Below are positions 9,057 to 17,835 of a stretch of 64,000 nucleotides of DNA, piece by piece. The stretch lies in the NCBI GenBank assembly GCA_963755125.1, contig CAVWIP010000014.1:134431-198430 (forward strand), written 5' to 3'. Source of the stretch: an uncultured delta proteobacterium. Its GTDB lineage: Bacteria; Myxococcota_A; Polyangia; Fen-1088. The notes under the pieces were generated by a model. That model ran no database searches. It saw nothing but the letters and a program-made list of their open reading frames with translations, and was not told where the DNA came from. The position numbers and the translations under genes are program-made. The stretch's first letter is position 1. Each line of letters starts with the position of its first letter.

Positions 9057-10324
9057 GTGCGATGCACGAGGCGAAGCTATCCACGCCCAAGGGCATGCGG
9101 TTGCACGTCGGGATCTTTGGCCGGCGCAACGTGGGCAAGTCCAGTCTGCTCAACGCGATGGTGCGCCAGCATGTGTCGCTGGTGTCTGACGTGGCGGGAA
9201 CCACGACAGATCCCGTCGAGAAGCCCATGGAGCTACTCCCGCTCGGCCCCGTGCTGTTTATCGACACGGCCGGCATCGACGACGAAGGCGCGCTCGGCGA
9301 TTTGCGGGTGAAGCGCACGACCGAGGTGTTCGACCGCACCGATTTGGGCCTGGTGGTGGCGGCGGGCGAATGGGGACCTTTCGAAGATGCGCTGGTACGC
9401 GAGATGCAAGCGCGCGGAGTCCCGTTGGTCGTGGCGTTCAACAAGTCGGATATGGCGCCGGTCCCAGCAGCTCAGTTGGCGGCTTTGCGTGAGCGCGGGC
9501 TTTGCACAGTCGAAACCAGCGCGGTCACGGGCGCCGGACTTCTGGATCTGCGACAGGCACTGCTCACTCAAGCGCCGGCTGACTATCTCGATGCTCGCGC
9601 CATCGTCGCCGATCTAGTCGGCCCGGGCGAGATGGCCGTGCTGGTGGTTCCCATCGACAAGGAAGCGCCCAAGGGACGCTTGATCCTGCCGCAGGTGCAG
9701 GTGCTGCGCGATCTGCTGGACCACGACGCGTTCGCCCTGGTGGTGAAGGAGCGCGAGCTGCGCGCCGCCCTCGCCGGTCTGCGCGCGCCGCCCCGGCTGG
9801 TCATCACCGACTCACAGGCCTTCCTCAAGGTGGCCGCTGACACACCGGCCGTGGTGCCGCTGACAAGTTTCTCGATCCTCTTCGCGCGTCTCAAGGGCGA
9901 TCTGCTCGCCCAGGTCGAGGGTGCCCTGGCCATCGAGCACCTCCGGCCCGGCGATCGCGTGCTCATTGCCGAAGCTTGCGCGCATCACCCCATCGGTGAA
10001 GACATCGGCCGGGTGAAGATTCCACGCTGGCTCACGCAGTACGTGGGCGGCCGCCTCGACTTCCACACCGTGCAGGGACACGACTTCCCGGCGGATCTTT
10101 CGCCCTATCGGCTCATCGTCCATTGCGGTTCGTGTACGCTCAACCGGCGCGAAGTCTTGAGTCGCATTCTGCGCGCGCGCGCGGCTGGCGTGCCCTTCAC
10201 CAACTACGGGCTGTGCATCGCCTACAGCCTCGGGATCTTTGCGCGTGCCCTGGCTCCCTTTCCGGCAGCGCAGGACGTGCTCTTTCGCCATGAACAGACT
10301 CGACACCATACTGGACAAGGATAG
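9053..10324 (+). CDS. hydF: [FeFe]-hydrogenase maturation GTPase HydF
   Basis: GRRNVGKS, DTAG, NKSD; CAHH...HCGSC cluster ligands; ATGA overlap with aspA. Confidence 0.95.
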   Translation: MSAMHEAKLSTPKGMRLHVGIFGRRNVGKSSLLNAMVRQHVSLVSDVAGTTTDPVEKPMELLPLGPVLFIDTAGIDDEGALGDLRVKRTTEVFDRTDLGLVVAAGEWGPFEDALVREMQARGVPLVVAFNKSDMAPVPAAQLAALRERGLCTVETSAVTGAGLLDLRQALLTQAPADYLDARAIVADLVGPGEMAVLVVPIDKEAPKGRLILPQVQVLRDLLDHDAFALVVKERELRAALAGLRAPPRLVITDSQAFLKVAADTPAVVPLTSFSILFARLKGDLLAQVEGALAIEHLRPGDRVLIAEACAHHPIGEDIGRVKIPRWLTQYVGGRLDFHTVQGHDFPADLSPYRLIVHCGSCTLNRREVLSRILRARAAGVPFTNYGLCIAYSLGIFARALAPFPAAQDVLFRHEQTRHHTGQG

Positions 10325-11393
10325 GCTCGACCCCGACGACCTGCCCGTCCTGCTCGGCGCCGACACGCCGGCGAGACACGCGTCCGTGCTGTCCGCGGCC
10401 TACGCGGTCAAGTTTCGCGAGATCGGCGCGGTGGTGTATTTTCGCGGGCTCTTCGAACTGTCGAATCTGTGCACGAAAGACTGCCTGTACTGCGGGATCC
10501 GTCGCAGCAACCACAAGGTCGAGCGCTACACCGTTCCGGTCGACGAAATTCTCAACGGCGCACGCTGGGCCTGGGAGCAAGGGTACGGTTCCGTGGTCTT
10601 GCAATCCGGCGAGCGCAGCGATCCGGCTTTCGTGGATCTGATCACGGCGCTGGTGACAAAGATTCGTGCGCTTTCGCACGATCAGCTCGCGATAACCTTG
10701 TCAGTGGGCGAGCAGTCGGAAGCGACCTTTCGCACCTGGTTCGCGGCCGGCGCCGAACGCTACCTGCTGCGCATCGAAACCAGCGACCCGGATTTCTACC
10801 GGCGACTTCACCCTGCGGATCACAGTTGGGAGCGCCGCCGCGACTGTCTGCGCCTGCTCCACGACATCGGCTACCAGCTCGGCTCAGGCGTGATGATCGG
10901 TCTGCCCGGCCAGAGCGTCGAGCAACTCGCCCGCGACATCCTGTTCTTCGAGCAAGAGAAGGTCGTCATGATCGGCATGGGGCCGTTCATCCCACACGCC
11001 GATACGCCCTTGCGCGATGGAATCCGCAACTTCGCCTGGAAACGGCACGCGCAATTGGCGCTGGCCTTGCGCATGATCGCAGTCACGCGTCTGTACCTGC
11101 CGGACGTGAACATCGCGGCTGCGACCGCGCTGCAGGCCCTGGCTCCGAATGGCCGGGAACAGGGGCTGATGGCCGGGGCCAACGTCATCATGCCCAACCT
11201 GACCGATCCGAAATACCGGAGTGCTTACCAGCTCTATGACGGCAAGCCGTGCCTGGACGAATCGGCCACGCAGTGCCGCGGCTGTCTGGAAGCACGCATC
11301 GCCAGCCTGGGAGAGACCATCGGCTTTGGCCAGCGCGGGGATTCGCGGCGCTTCGTTGCCCGCCATGGCGTAACTGGTGGAAAAGCTATTTAA
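10290..11393 (+). CDS. hydE: [FeFe]-hydrogenase maturase HydE
   Basis: CTKDCLYC; RYLLRIET; GANVIMPN; YQLYDGK. Confidence 0.95.
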   Translation: MNRLDTILDKDRLDPDDLPVLLGADTPARHASVLSAAYAVKFREIGAVVYFRGLFELSNLCTKDCLYCGIRRSNHKVERYTVPVDEILNGARWAWEQGYGSVVLQSGERSDPAFVDLITALVTKIRALSHDQLAITLSVGEQSEATFRTWFAAGAERYLLRIETSDPDFYRRLHPADHSWERRRDCLRLLHDIGYQLGSGVMIGLPGQSVEQLARDILFFEQEKVVMIGMGPFIPHADTPLRDGIRNFAWKRHAQLALALRMIAVTRLYLPDVNIAAATALQALAPNGREQGLMAGANVIMPNLTDPKYRSAYQLYDGKPCLDESATQCRGCLEARIASLGETIGFGQRGDSRRFVARHGVTGGKAI

Positions 11394-11456
11394 TTTCAGT
11401 AAGTTGATAGCACGAGTTGGAACTGGAATCTGTACGATAATTAACGAAAACTTCTC

Positions 11457-11486
11457 TTGACGAAAAACGGTTGAAAATGGTACCTT
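11457..11486 (+). promoter_or_regulatory. Putative sigma70 promoter of hydCBA
   Basis: TTGACG, 18-bp spacer ending TGG, then TACCTT, in an AT-rich intergenic region. Confidence 0.55.
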
Positions 11487-11488
11487 CG

Positions 11489-11523
11489 TCGTGAAAGATT
11501 TCACAGCGTGATGAAAGTAACAA
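11489..11523. promoter_or_regulatory. Tandem Rex operators upstream of hydC
   Basis: TCGTGAA-AGAT-TTCACAG (11489-11506, near consensus) and GCGTGAT-GAAA-GTAACAA (11506-11523). Confidence 0.8.
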
Positions 11524-11538
11524 GAAGGATCTGGTCAG

Positions 11539-12018
11539 ATGACAACAGTCACACAGGACATTCAGCCCATCCTTAAGAAATACCAGAACGCCCGACGCGA
11601 CTCCCTGATCACGATCTTGCAGGAAGTTCAGGACGCGCAGGGGTACGTATCGAAGGAGTCGGTCATCGCGATTGGCCAGCACCTGCGGCTGCCTGCCAGC
11701 AAGGTATTCGGCGTCGCGACCTTCTACAACCAGTTCCGCTTCCATCCCGCCGGCAGGTTCCACGTGCAGGTGTGCCGGGGCACGGCCTGTCACGTGAAGG
11801 GATCGCTGTCGCTGCTCGATACCGTGAAAAATGAGCTGAAGATCCTGCCGGGACAGACCAGCCGCGATCAGGTGTTCAGCCTGGAGGTCGTCGCCTGCCT
11901 GGGCGCTTGCGGCCTTTCCCCGGTGATGTGCGTGAACGGCGAGTTCTTCGCGCGCATGACGCCGACCCGGGCGCGCAAGTTGCTCGACGGCTGTCGCAAG
12001 GAGGCGGTGCAGTCATGA
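11539..12018 (+). CDS. hydC: Hydrogenase gamma subunit (NuoE-like, [2Fe-2S])
   Basis: VATFY; CRGTAC...CLGAC. Confidence 0.9.
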   Translation: MTTVTQDIQPILKKYQNARRDSLITILQEVQDAQGYVSKESVIAIGQHLRLPASKVFGVATFYNQFRFHPAGRFHVQVCRGTACHVKGSLSLLDTVKNELKILPGQTSRDQVFSLEVVACLGACGLSPVMCVNGEFFARMTPTRARKLLDGCRKEAVQS

Positions 12019-15000
12019 CCACCATGCCGAAGTCCCTGTTCGCCGCGCTCGAGGTTTCGACCACGCCCGATCCGGCTGTGCTGGAGTACCTCAAGGCCGG
12101 TGGTGTGGCCAAAGACGCCGGGCAGGAAGCCTATCTGGCCAGGCTCCGTCGCGACGTGGTCAGCAAGCCTGTCATCTATCTCGGCACCGGAACCTGTGGC
12201 ATGGGCGCGGGCGCGGCCAAGGTCGGCAATGCGCTTCGCCAGTACCTGGAAGCCAACCACAAGGACGTCGAGATCGTCGAGGTTGGCTGCATCGGCATGT
12301 GCGCGTTCGAGCCCATGCTGGACGTGCAGATGCCAGGCAAGCGCCGCCTGTCGTTCATGCAGGTCTCGCCCGACAACGTCGCCGCCATCCTGGACGGCGT
12401 GTTCGCCGGCAAGATCCCGACCCCGAACCTGGTTGGTCAATTTCGCGCGGGGCCGGCCGAGGCGTGGGCCGACCTACCCTACCTCGACGAGCATCCCTTC
12501 TTCAAGCCGCAGTTGCGCTGGGTGCTGGAATTCTCGGGCATCATCGATCCGGGCAGCATCGAGGAGTACATCGCGCGCGGCGGATACAAGAGCTTCCTGG
12601 AAACCATTCGCAGCAAGACCCGCGAAGCGGTGTGCGACACGGTCGAGAAGAGCGGGCTGCGCGGCCGCGGCGGCGGCGGCTTCCCCGCCGGCCGCAAGTG
12701 GAAGATGGCGCTTAGCCAGTCGAGCGATCAGAAGTACCTGATCTGCAACGCCGACGAGGGCGACCCCGGTGCCTTCATGGACCGCGCCTTGATCGAGAGC
12801 GATCCGCACAAGCTGCTGGAAGGCATGATGATCGCCGCCTACGCCATCGGCGCCAAGGACGCCTACGTGTACATTCGCGCCGAGTACCCGCTGGCGGTGC
12901 AGCGACTGCGCGAGGCCATCGCGCGCGCTACCGCCTACGGTCTCATCGGCGATCACATCATGGGCAGCGGATTCAACCTGCAGTTCCACATCAAGATGGG
13001 CGCCGGCGCGTTCGTGTGTGGGGAAGAGACCGCGCTCATGCACAGCATCGAAGGCCGGCGCGGCATGCCGCGGCCGCGGCCTCCCTACCCGGCGCAGAGC
13101 GGGCTGTTCGCCAAGCCCACGGTCATCAACAACGTCGAGACCCTGGCCAACGTGCCGGTGGTCATGCGCAAGGGCGCCGAGGGCTACGCCGCCGTCGGTA
13201 CCGCCACCAGCAAGGGCACCAAGATCTTCGCGCTCAGCGGAAAGGTCCAGCGCGCGGGTCTGGTCGAAGTCGCGATGGGAACATCCCTGCGCACCGTCAT
13301 CTTCGACGTGGGCAGCGGGCCGCCCGCAGGCAAGAAATTCAAGGCGGTGCAGATCGGCGGTCCCTCGGGCGGCTGCATCCCGCCGCAGTTGCTCGACACG
13401 CCCATCGACTACGAAACCCTGAAGAGCGCCGGCGCCATCATGGGCTCCGGCGGCTTGGTGGTGCTGGACGAGACCACCTGCATGGTGGACTTCGCCAAGT
13501 TCTTCATGGAGTTCATCCAGTCCGAAAGCTGCGGCAAGTGCATCCCCTGTCGCGAGGGCACGCGCCGCATGCTGGAGATCCTCGACGCCATCACCCGGCC
13601 GCGGCGCAAGGAAGAGAACATCGATGCGCTGGTTCGCTTCCAGGGCATCATGCGCCTGGCGGAACTGGCCGAGACCATCAAGATCACCAGCCTGTGCGGC
13701 CTGGGGCAGACCGCGCCCAATCCGGTGCTGTCGACCCTGCGCTGGTTCCGCGACGAATACGAAGCGCATGTCTTCGAGCGAAGCTGTCCGGCGGGCGCGT
13801 GCAAGGATCTGGTGGGCGCGCCCTGCCAGAACACCTGCCCGGTGGGCACGGAAGCCTGGCGCTACGTCGCGCACATCGCGCGCGGCGAGTACGCGGAAGC
13901 CTATCGGGTCATCCGCAGCGCCAACCCGTTCCCCTCGGCCTGCGCGCGCGTGTGCGACCACCCCTGCGAGCTGATGTGTCGTGCCGGCGCCACCGGTGGC
14001 GAGCCGATCGCCGTGCGCACCCTCAAGCGCTTTGTCGTGGATCGCGTGGCGCCTGACACCTACAAGGAACCGGTCAAGCCCGCGGGGGCCAACGCGCCCA
14101 AGATCGCAGTCATCGGCGCCGGCCCGTCTGGGCTGACCGCAGCCCACTACCTGGGCGCGATGGGCAACCGGGTCACTGTGTTCGAGCGCGAATCCAAGCC
14201 CGGCGGCATGCTGGTCTCGGCCATTCCCGAGTACCGGCTGCCACGCGAGACATTGCGGAAGGAGATCGACTCTCTGTTGAACGTCAACGTCGAATTGAAG
14301 CTCAATCAAACCCTGGGCAAGGACTTCACCATCGATTCGTTGATGGACAAGGACGGCTACAAGGCGGTGTACGTGGCCACCGGCGCGCACGAGAGCAAGC
14401 GGCTGGGCTTGTCGGGTGACGACGCCGTGGGCGTGCTCCCCAGCATCAAGTTCCTCAAGGCCTACAACCTGGAGGGCAAGCACCTGGCCAAGGGTCGGGT
14501 GGGAATCATCGGCGGCGGCAATTCCGCCATCGACGCCGCCCGTGTGGCCTTCCGCCAGAAGGGCGTGACCGGCGTGACGGTGTTCTACCGGCGCACGCGG
14601 ACCGAAATGCCGGCCTACGCCGAGGAGATCGAGGCAGCCTTGGCCGAGGGTATCGTGCTCAAGCCGCTGGTGGCTCCCATCGGGGTCGTGGTCAAGGACG
14701 GCAAGCTCGGCGGAGTGAAGTTCATCAACAATGAACTGGGCCCGCTCGACGATTCAGGCCGCCAGCAGCCGGTGCCGATTCCCGGATCGGAACACGTGGT
14801 GGATCTGGACACGCTCATCGTGGCCATCAGCGAGCAACCTGAAGGCGTGGGGCTCAAGGATCTGAAGACCACGCGCTGGGGAACCGTGACCGTCAATCCC
14901 GAATCATTCACCACCAGCCGGCCGGGAGTGTTCGCCGGCGGCGACGTGACATCTGGCCCCAGCACGGTGATCAAGGCGATCGCCGCGGGCAAGAGCGCGG

Positions 15001-15272
15001 CGGTCATGCTGCAGAACTTCGTCAGCGGCAAGCTGCTCAAGCAGTTGCCCAAGGTGAAGCTGCCGTCCTTCTACGTCGAGCCGGTGCAAGTGGCCGGGGA
15101 AGAAGAAGAGGGCGACGTGATGGTCGCGCGGGTCAAGCAGCCCCACCTGCCGGTCGAAAAGCGCCGCGGGAGTTTTGCCGAGGTCGAGTTGTGCATCTCG
15201 GAGGAGGCGGCCCAATGTGAGGCGCGGCGCTGCTTGCGCTGCGACCTGGATTTCACGCGGCCCTTGCACTGA
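12015..15272 (+). CDS. hydB: Hydrogenase beta subunit (NuoF-like) fused to a GltD/NfnB-like FAD/NADP(H) module
   Basis: SGLRGRGGGGF, ADEGDPGAFMDR, GGPSGG, CGKCIPC; then PCQNTCP, CARVCDHPCE, GAGPSG, GGGNSAID, YRR, CLRC. ATGA overlap with hydC. Confidence 0.9.
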   Translation: MTTMPKSLFAALEVSTTPDPAVLEYLKAGGVAKDAGQEAYLARLRRDVVSKPVIYLGTGTCGMGAGAAKVGNALRQYLEANHKDVEIVEVGCIGMCAFEPMLDVQMPGKRRLSFMQVSPDNVAAILDGVFAGKIPTPNLVGQFRAGPAEAWADLPYLDEHPFFKPQLRWVLEFSGIIDPGSIEEYIARGGYKSFLETIRSKTREAVCDTVEKSGLRGRGGGGFPAGRKWKMALSQSSDQKYLICNADEGDPGAFMDRALIESDPHKLLEGMMIAAYAIGAKDAYVYIRAEYPLAVQRLREAIARATAYGLIGDHIMGSGFNLQFHIKMGAGAFVCGEETALMHSIEGRRGMPRPRPPYPAQSGLFAKPTVINNVETLANVPVVMRKGAEGYAAVGTATSKGTKIFALSGKVQRAGLVEVAMGTSLRTVIFDVGSGPPAGKKFKAVQIGGPSGGCIPPQLLDTPIDYETLKSAGAIMGSGGLVVLDETTCMVDFAKFFMEFIQSESCGKCIPCREGTRRMLEILDAITRPRRKEENIDALVRFQGIMRLAELAETIKITSLCGLGQTAPNPVLSTLRWFRDEYEAHVFERSCPAGACKDLVGAPCQNTCPVGTEAWRYVAHIARGEYAEAYRVIRSANPFPSACARVCDHPCELMCRAGATGGEPIAVRTLKRFVVDRVAPDTYKEPVKPAGANAPKIAVIGAGPSGLTAAHYLGAMGNRVTVFERESKPGGMLVSAIPEYRLPRETLRKEIDSLLNVNVELKLNQTLGKDFTIDSLMDKDGYKAVYVATGAHESKRLGLSGDDAVGVLPSIKFLKAYNLEGKHLAKGRVGIIGGGNSAIDAARVAFRQKGVTGVTVFYRRTRTEMPAYAEEIEAALAEGIVLKPLVAPIGVVVKDGKLGGVKFINNELGPLDDSGRQQPVPIPGSEHVVDLDTLIVAISEQPEGVGLKDLKTTRWGTVTVNPESFTTSRPGVFAGGDVTSGPSTVIKAIAAGKSAAVMLQNFVSGKLLKQLPKVKLPSFYVEPVQVAGEEEEGDVMVARVKQPHLPVEKRRGSFAEVELCISEEAAQCEARRCLRCDLDFTRPLH

Positions 15273-15298
15273 ACCTGAGTCATCGCGAGGAATACACG

Positions 15299-17020
15299 AT
15301 GTTTACGATTGAAATCGATAGCAAGCCCATCGAGACAAACGGGGGCGAGACCATTCTTTCGGTGTGCCAGCGTGAAGGCGTCCACATTCCGACCTTGTGC
15401 TACATGGAAGGCCTGCCCCCCAGCGGCGCCTGCCGTCTGTGCATCGTGGAAGTGGAAGGCGCGCCTGGCCTGGTGCCGTCCTGTTCTTTTCCGGTTGCCA
15501 AGGACATGAAGATCAAGACCCGCTCGCCCAAGGTGCTGGCGGCCCGGCGCACTATCGTGGAGTTGTTGCTGTCCAATCACCCCGATGATTGCCTGTACTG
15601 CACGCGCAATCAGCGCTGCGACCTACAGTCCCTGGCCGCCGAGTTCGGCGTGCGCCAGCGCCACTACATCGGCAAGAAGAACAACCGCGACATGGACGTG
15701 TCGTCGCCCTCCATCGTGCGCGACCCGGACAAGTGCGTGCTGTGCGGCCGCTGCGTGCGCGTGTGCGAGGAGATCCAGGGCGTCTCCGCCATCGACTTCA
15801 TCCACCGCGGTCCCAAGGCGGTGGTGGGCACGGCGTTCGAGACCGGCCTCAACGTCTCGTCGTGTATCAACTGCGGCCAGTGTATCCTGGCTTGCCCGAC
15901 AGCAGCGCTGACCGAGCACAGCTACCTCAATGAGGTGATGGCGGCTCTTTCCGACCCGAACAAGTACGTGGTGGTCCAGCACGCGCCGGCGGTGTCGGTG
16001 ACCATCGCGGAGGAATTCGGCCTCAAGCCGGGCAAGGACGCCGACGGCCACATGGTCGCGACCCTGCGCAAGCTGGGGTTCAAGCGGGTGTTCGACACCT
16101 CGTTCACCGCCGATCTGACCATCATGGAAGAGGGGTCGGAGCTGGTGAAGCGCATCCAGAGCGGCGGCACCCTGCCCATGATGACGAGCTGCTCGCCCGG
16201 GTGGATCAAGTACGTCGAGCAATTCTACCCCGACTTCATTCCCAATCTGTCCACCTGCAAGAGTCCGCAGCAGATGATGGGCGCGGTGATCAAGTCGTTC
16301 TTCGCGAAGCGCGAGGGACTCGATCCGTCGAAGATCGTCAGCGTCTCGGTCATGCCCTGCACGGCCAAGAAGTTCGAGTGCGCGCGCGAGGAGATGGGGC
16401 GCGACTACGTGCCGGACGTGGACTACGTCCTGACCACGCGCGAATTGGCTCAGCTCATCCGTATGTTCGGCATCGACATGATGGATGTCGAACCGGATCA
16501 CGCTGACACGCCCTTCGGTCTGCGCTCCACCGCCGGCAAGATCTTCGGCGCCACCGGCGGCGTGATGGAGGCTGCCATCCGCAGCGCGTATTTCTTGCTG
16601 ACCGGCAAGGAATTGAAAGAGCTGAAGGTGCAAGAGGTACGCGGCCTGGACGGCATCAAGGAGGCCAAGGTCAAGATCGGCGATCTCGAGGTCGGCGTGG
16701 CAGTAGCCAGCAGCCTGAAGAACGCTGCGCAGTTGCTGGAGTCGATACGGGCGGGCCGCAAGGACATCCATTTCATCGAGGTCATGACCTGCCCCGGAGG
16801 CTGCATCGCCGGCGGCGGCCAACCGCTGCACGGCGACCAGAATGCCATCAAGGCGCGCATGCAGGCGCTGTATCAGATCGACCGCGACGAGGCCCTCCGG
16901 GTCAGCCACAAGAACGAGGACGTGGCACGGCTGTACAAGGAATTTCTGGGCGCCCCGCTGGGCGAGATGAGCCACAAGCTCCTGCACACGCACTATCACC
17001 GACGAGACGTGCTGGTCTGA
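15299..17020 (+). CDS. hydA: Group A [FeFe]-hydrogenase catalytic subunit
   Basis: [2Fe-2S]; HxxxCxxC cluster; 2x[4Fe-4S]; H-cluster TSCSPGW, MPCTAKKFE, EVMTCPGGCIAGGGQP. Confidence 0.95.
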   Translation: MFTIEIDSKPIETNGGETILSVCQREGVHIPTLCYMEGLPPSGACRLCIVEVEGAPGLVPSCSFPVAKDMKIKTRSPKVLAARRTIVELLLSNHPDDCLYCTRNQRCDLQSLAAEFGVRQRHYIGKKNNRDMDVSSPSIVRDPDKCVLCGRCVRVCEEIQGVSAIDFIHRGPKAVVGTAFETGLNVSSCINCGQCILACPTAALTEHSYLNEVMAALSDPNKYVVVQHAPAVSVTIAEEFGLKPGKDADGHMVATLRKLGFKRVFDTSFTADLTIMEEGSELVKRIQSGGTLPMMTSCSPGWIKYVEQFYPDFIPNLSTCKSPQQMMGAVIKSFFAKREGLDPSKIVSVSVMPCTAKKFECAREEMGRDYVPDVDYVLTTRELAQLIRMFGIDMMDVEPDHADTPFGLRSTAGKIFGATGGVMEAAIRSAYFLLTGKELKELKVQEVRGLDGIKEAKVKIGDLEVGVAVASSLKNAAQLLESIRAGRKDIHFIEVMTCPGGCIAGGGQPLHGDQNAIKARMQALYQIDRDEALRVSHKNEDVARLYKEFLGAPLGEMSHKLLHTHYHRRDVLV

Positions 17021-17054
17021 ATCGGGTCCACTGCAGGACTGGAAGGAAACGACA

Positions 17055-17447
17055 ATGGCGAACGCAAAGAAGATACTGGTGGTGGACGACGATCCCGACA
17101 TCGTGGAGCAGGTGAGCCTGATCCTGAAGCAAGACGGTCACGAGGTACACGCGGCGGGAACCCAGGCCGAGGCCGAGGAGATCCTGCTGTCGATCAAGCC
17201 GGACCTGGCCATCCTGGACCTGATGATGGAGGAGAAGGACACCGGGTTCGTGCTCTGTCATCGCATCAAGAAGTTGTACCCGGACACGCCGGTGATGATG
17301 GTCACCGCGGTCAAGGCCGCGACCGGGCTGTCGTTCGCGGCGGATTCGGCCTTGCAGCAGTCGTGGCTCAAGGCCGACCTGCTGCTGGACAAGCCCATCC
17401 GCTCCGAGCGCCTGCGCAATGACGTCGACCGGCTGCTGAACCGCTAG
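17055..17447 (+). CDS. Single-domain response regulator
   Basis: VVDDD, ILDLMM, VTA, DKP; no output domain. Confidence 0.9.
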   Translation: MANAKKILVVDDDPDIVEQVSLILKQDGHEVHAAGTQAEAEEILLSIKPDLAILDLMMEEKDTGFVLCHRIKKLYPDTPVMMVTAVKAATGLSFAADSALQQSWLKADLLLDKPIRSERLRNDVDRLLNR

Positions 17448-17690
17448 GAATCGGAGATCGAGTCGCAGGGCGTGGAGTCACCCCTTGCTCTGTTCGAGCA
17501 ACCAGCGCCACGCGGGTTGTGCCCCGGGCCGCGCCGACTTCAATGCGGAGGAAACCTCGTGGTAGAGGAGGACGCCTTTCGCCTGTTGGGAGCGTGACTT
17601 TCCCAGTGCCATGGACATCTGCTCTCGCTTCGCCGTATTCGGATCGCTCAGGCTCCAGCAGACGTTCCCCAAGGCCCTGCCTTCTTCGTC

Positions 17691-17756
17691 CAGACCGCGT
17701 CCGGCCAGGATGTGATGGCCTATGTCGAAAACTGCTTCGGCCGCTATTTGCAGAGC
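17691..17756 (-). pseudogene. Short remnant resembling a HepT/DUF86 (HEPN) toxin
   Basis: Minus-strand translation ALQIAAEAVFDIGHHILAGRGL; no start codon and no RNxxxH motif. Confidence 0.45.
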
Positions 17757-17835
17757 TGATGTACTTGAGGACCGGAAGCGCAGGCCCGACCGACACGGCC
17801 GTCGCCACCTCGGTGGGTTGTGGGGAACGGCTTTG

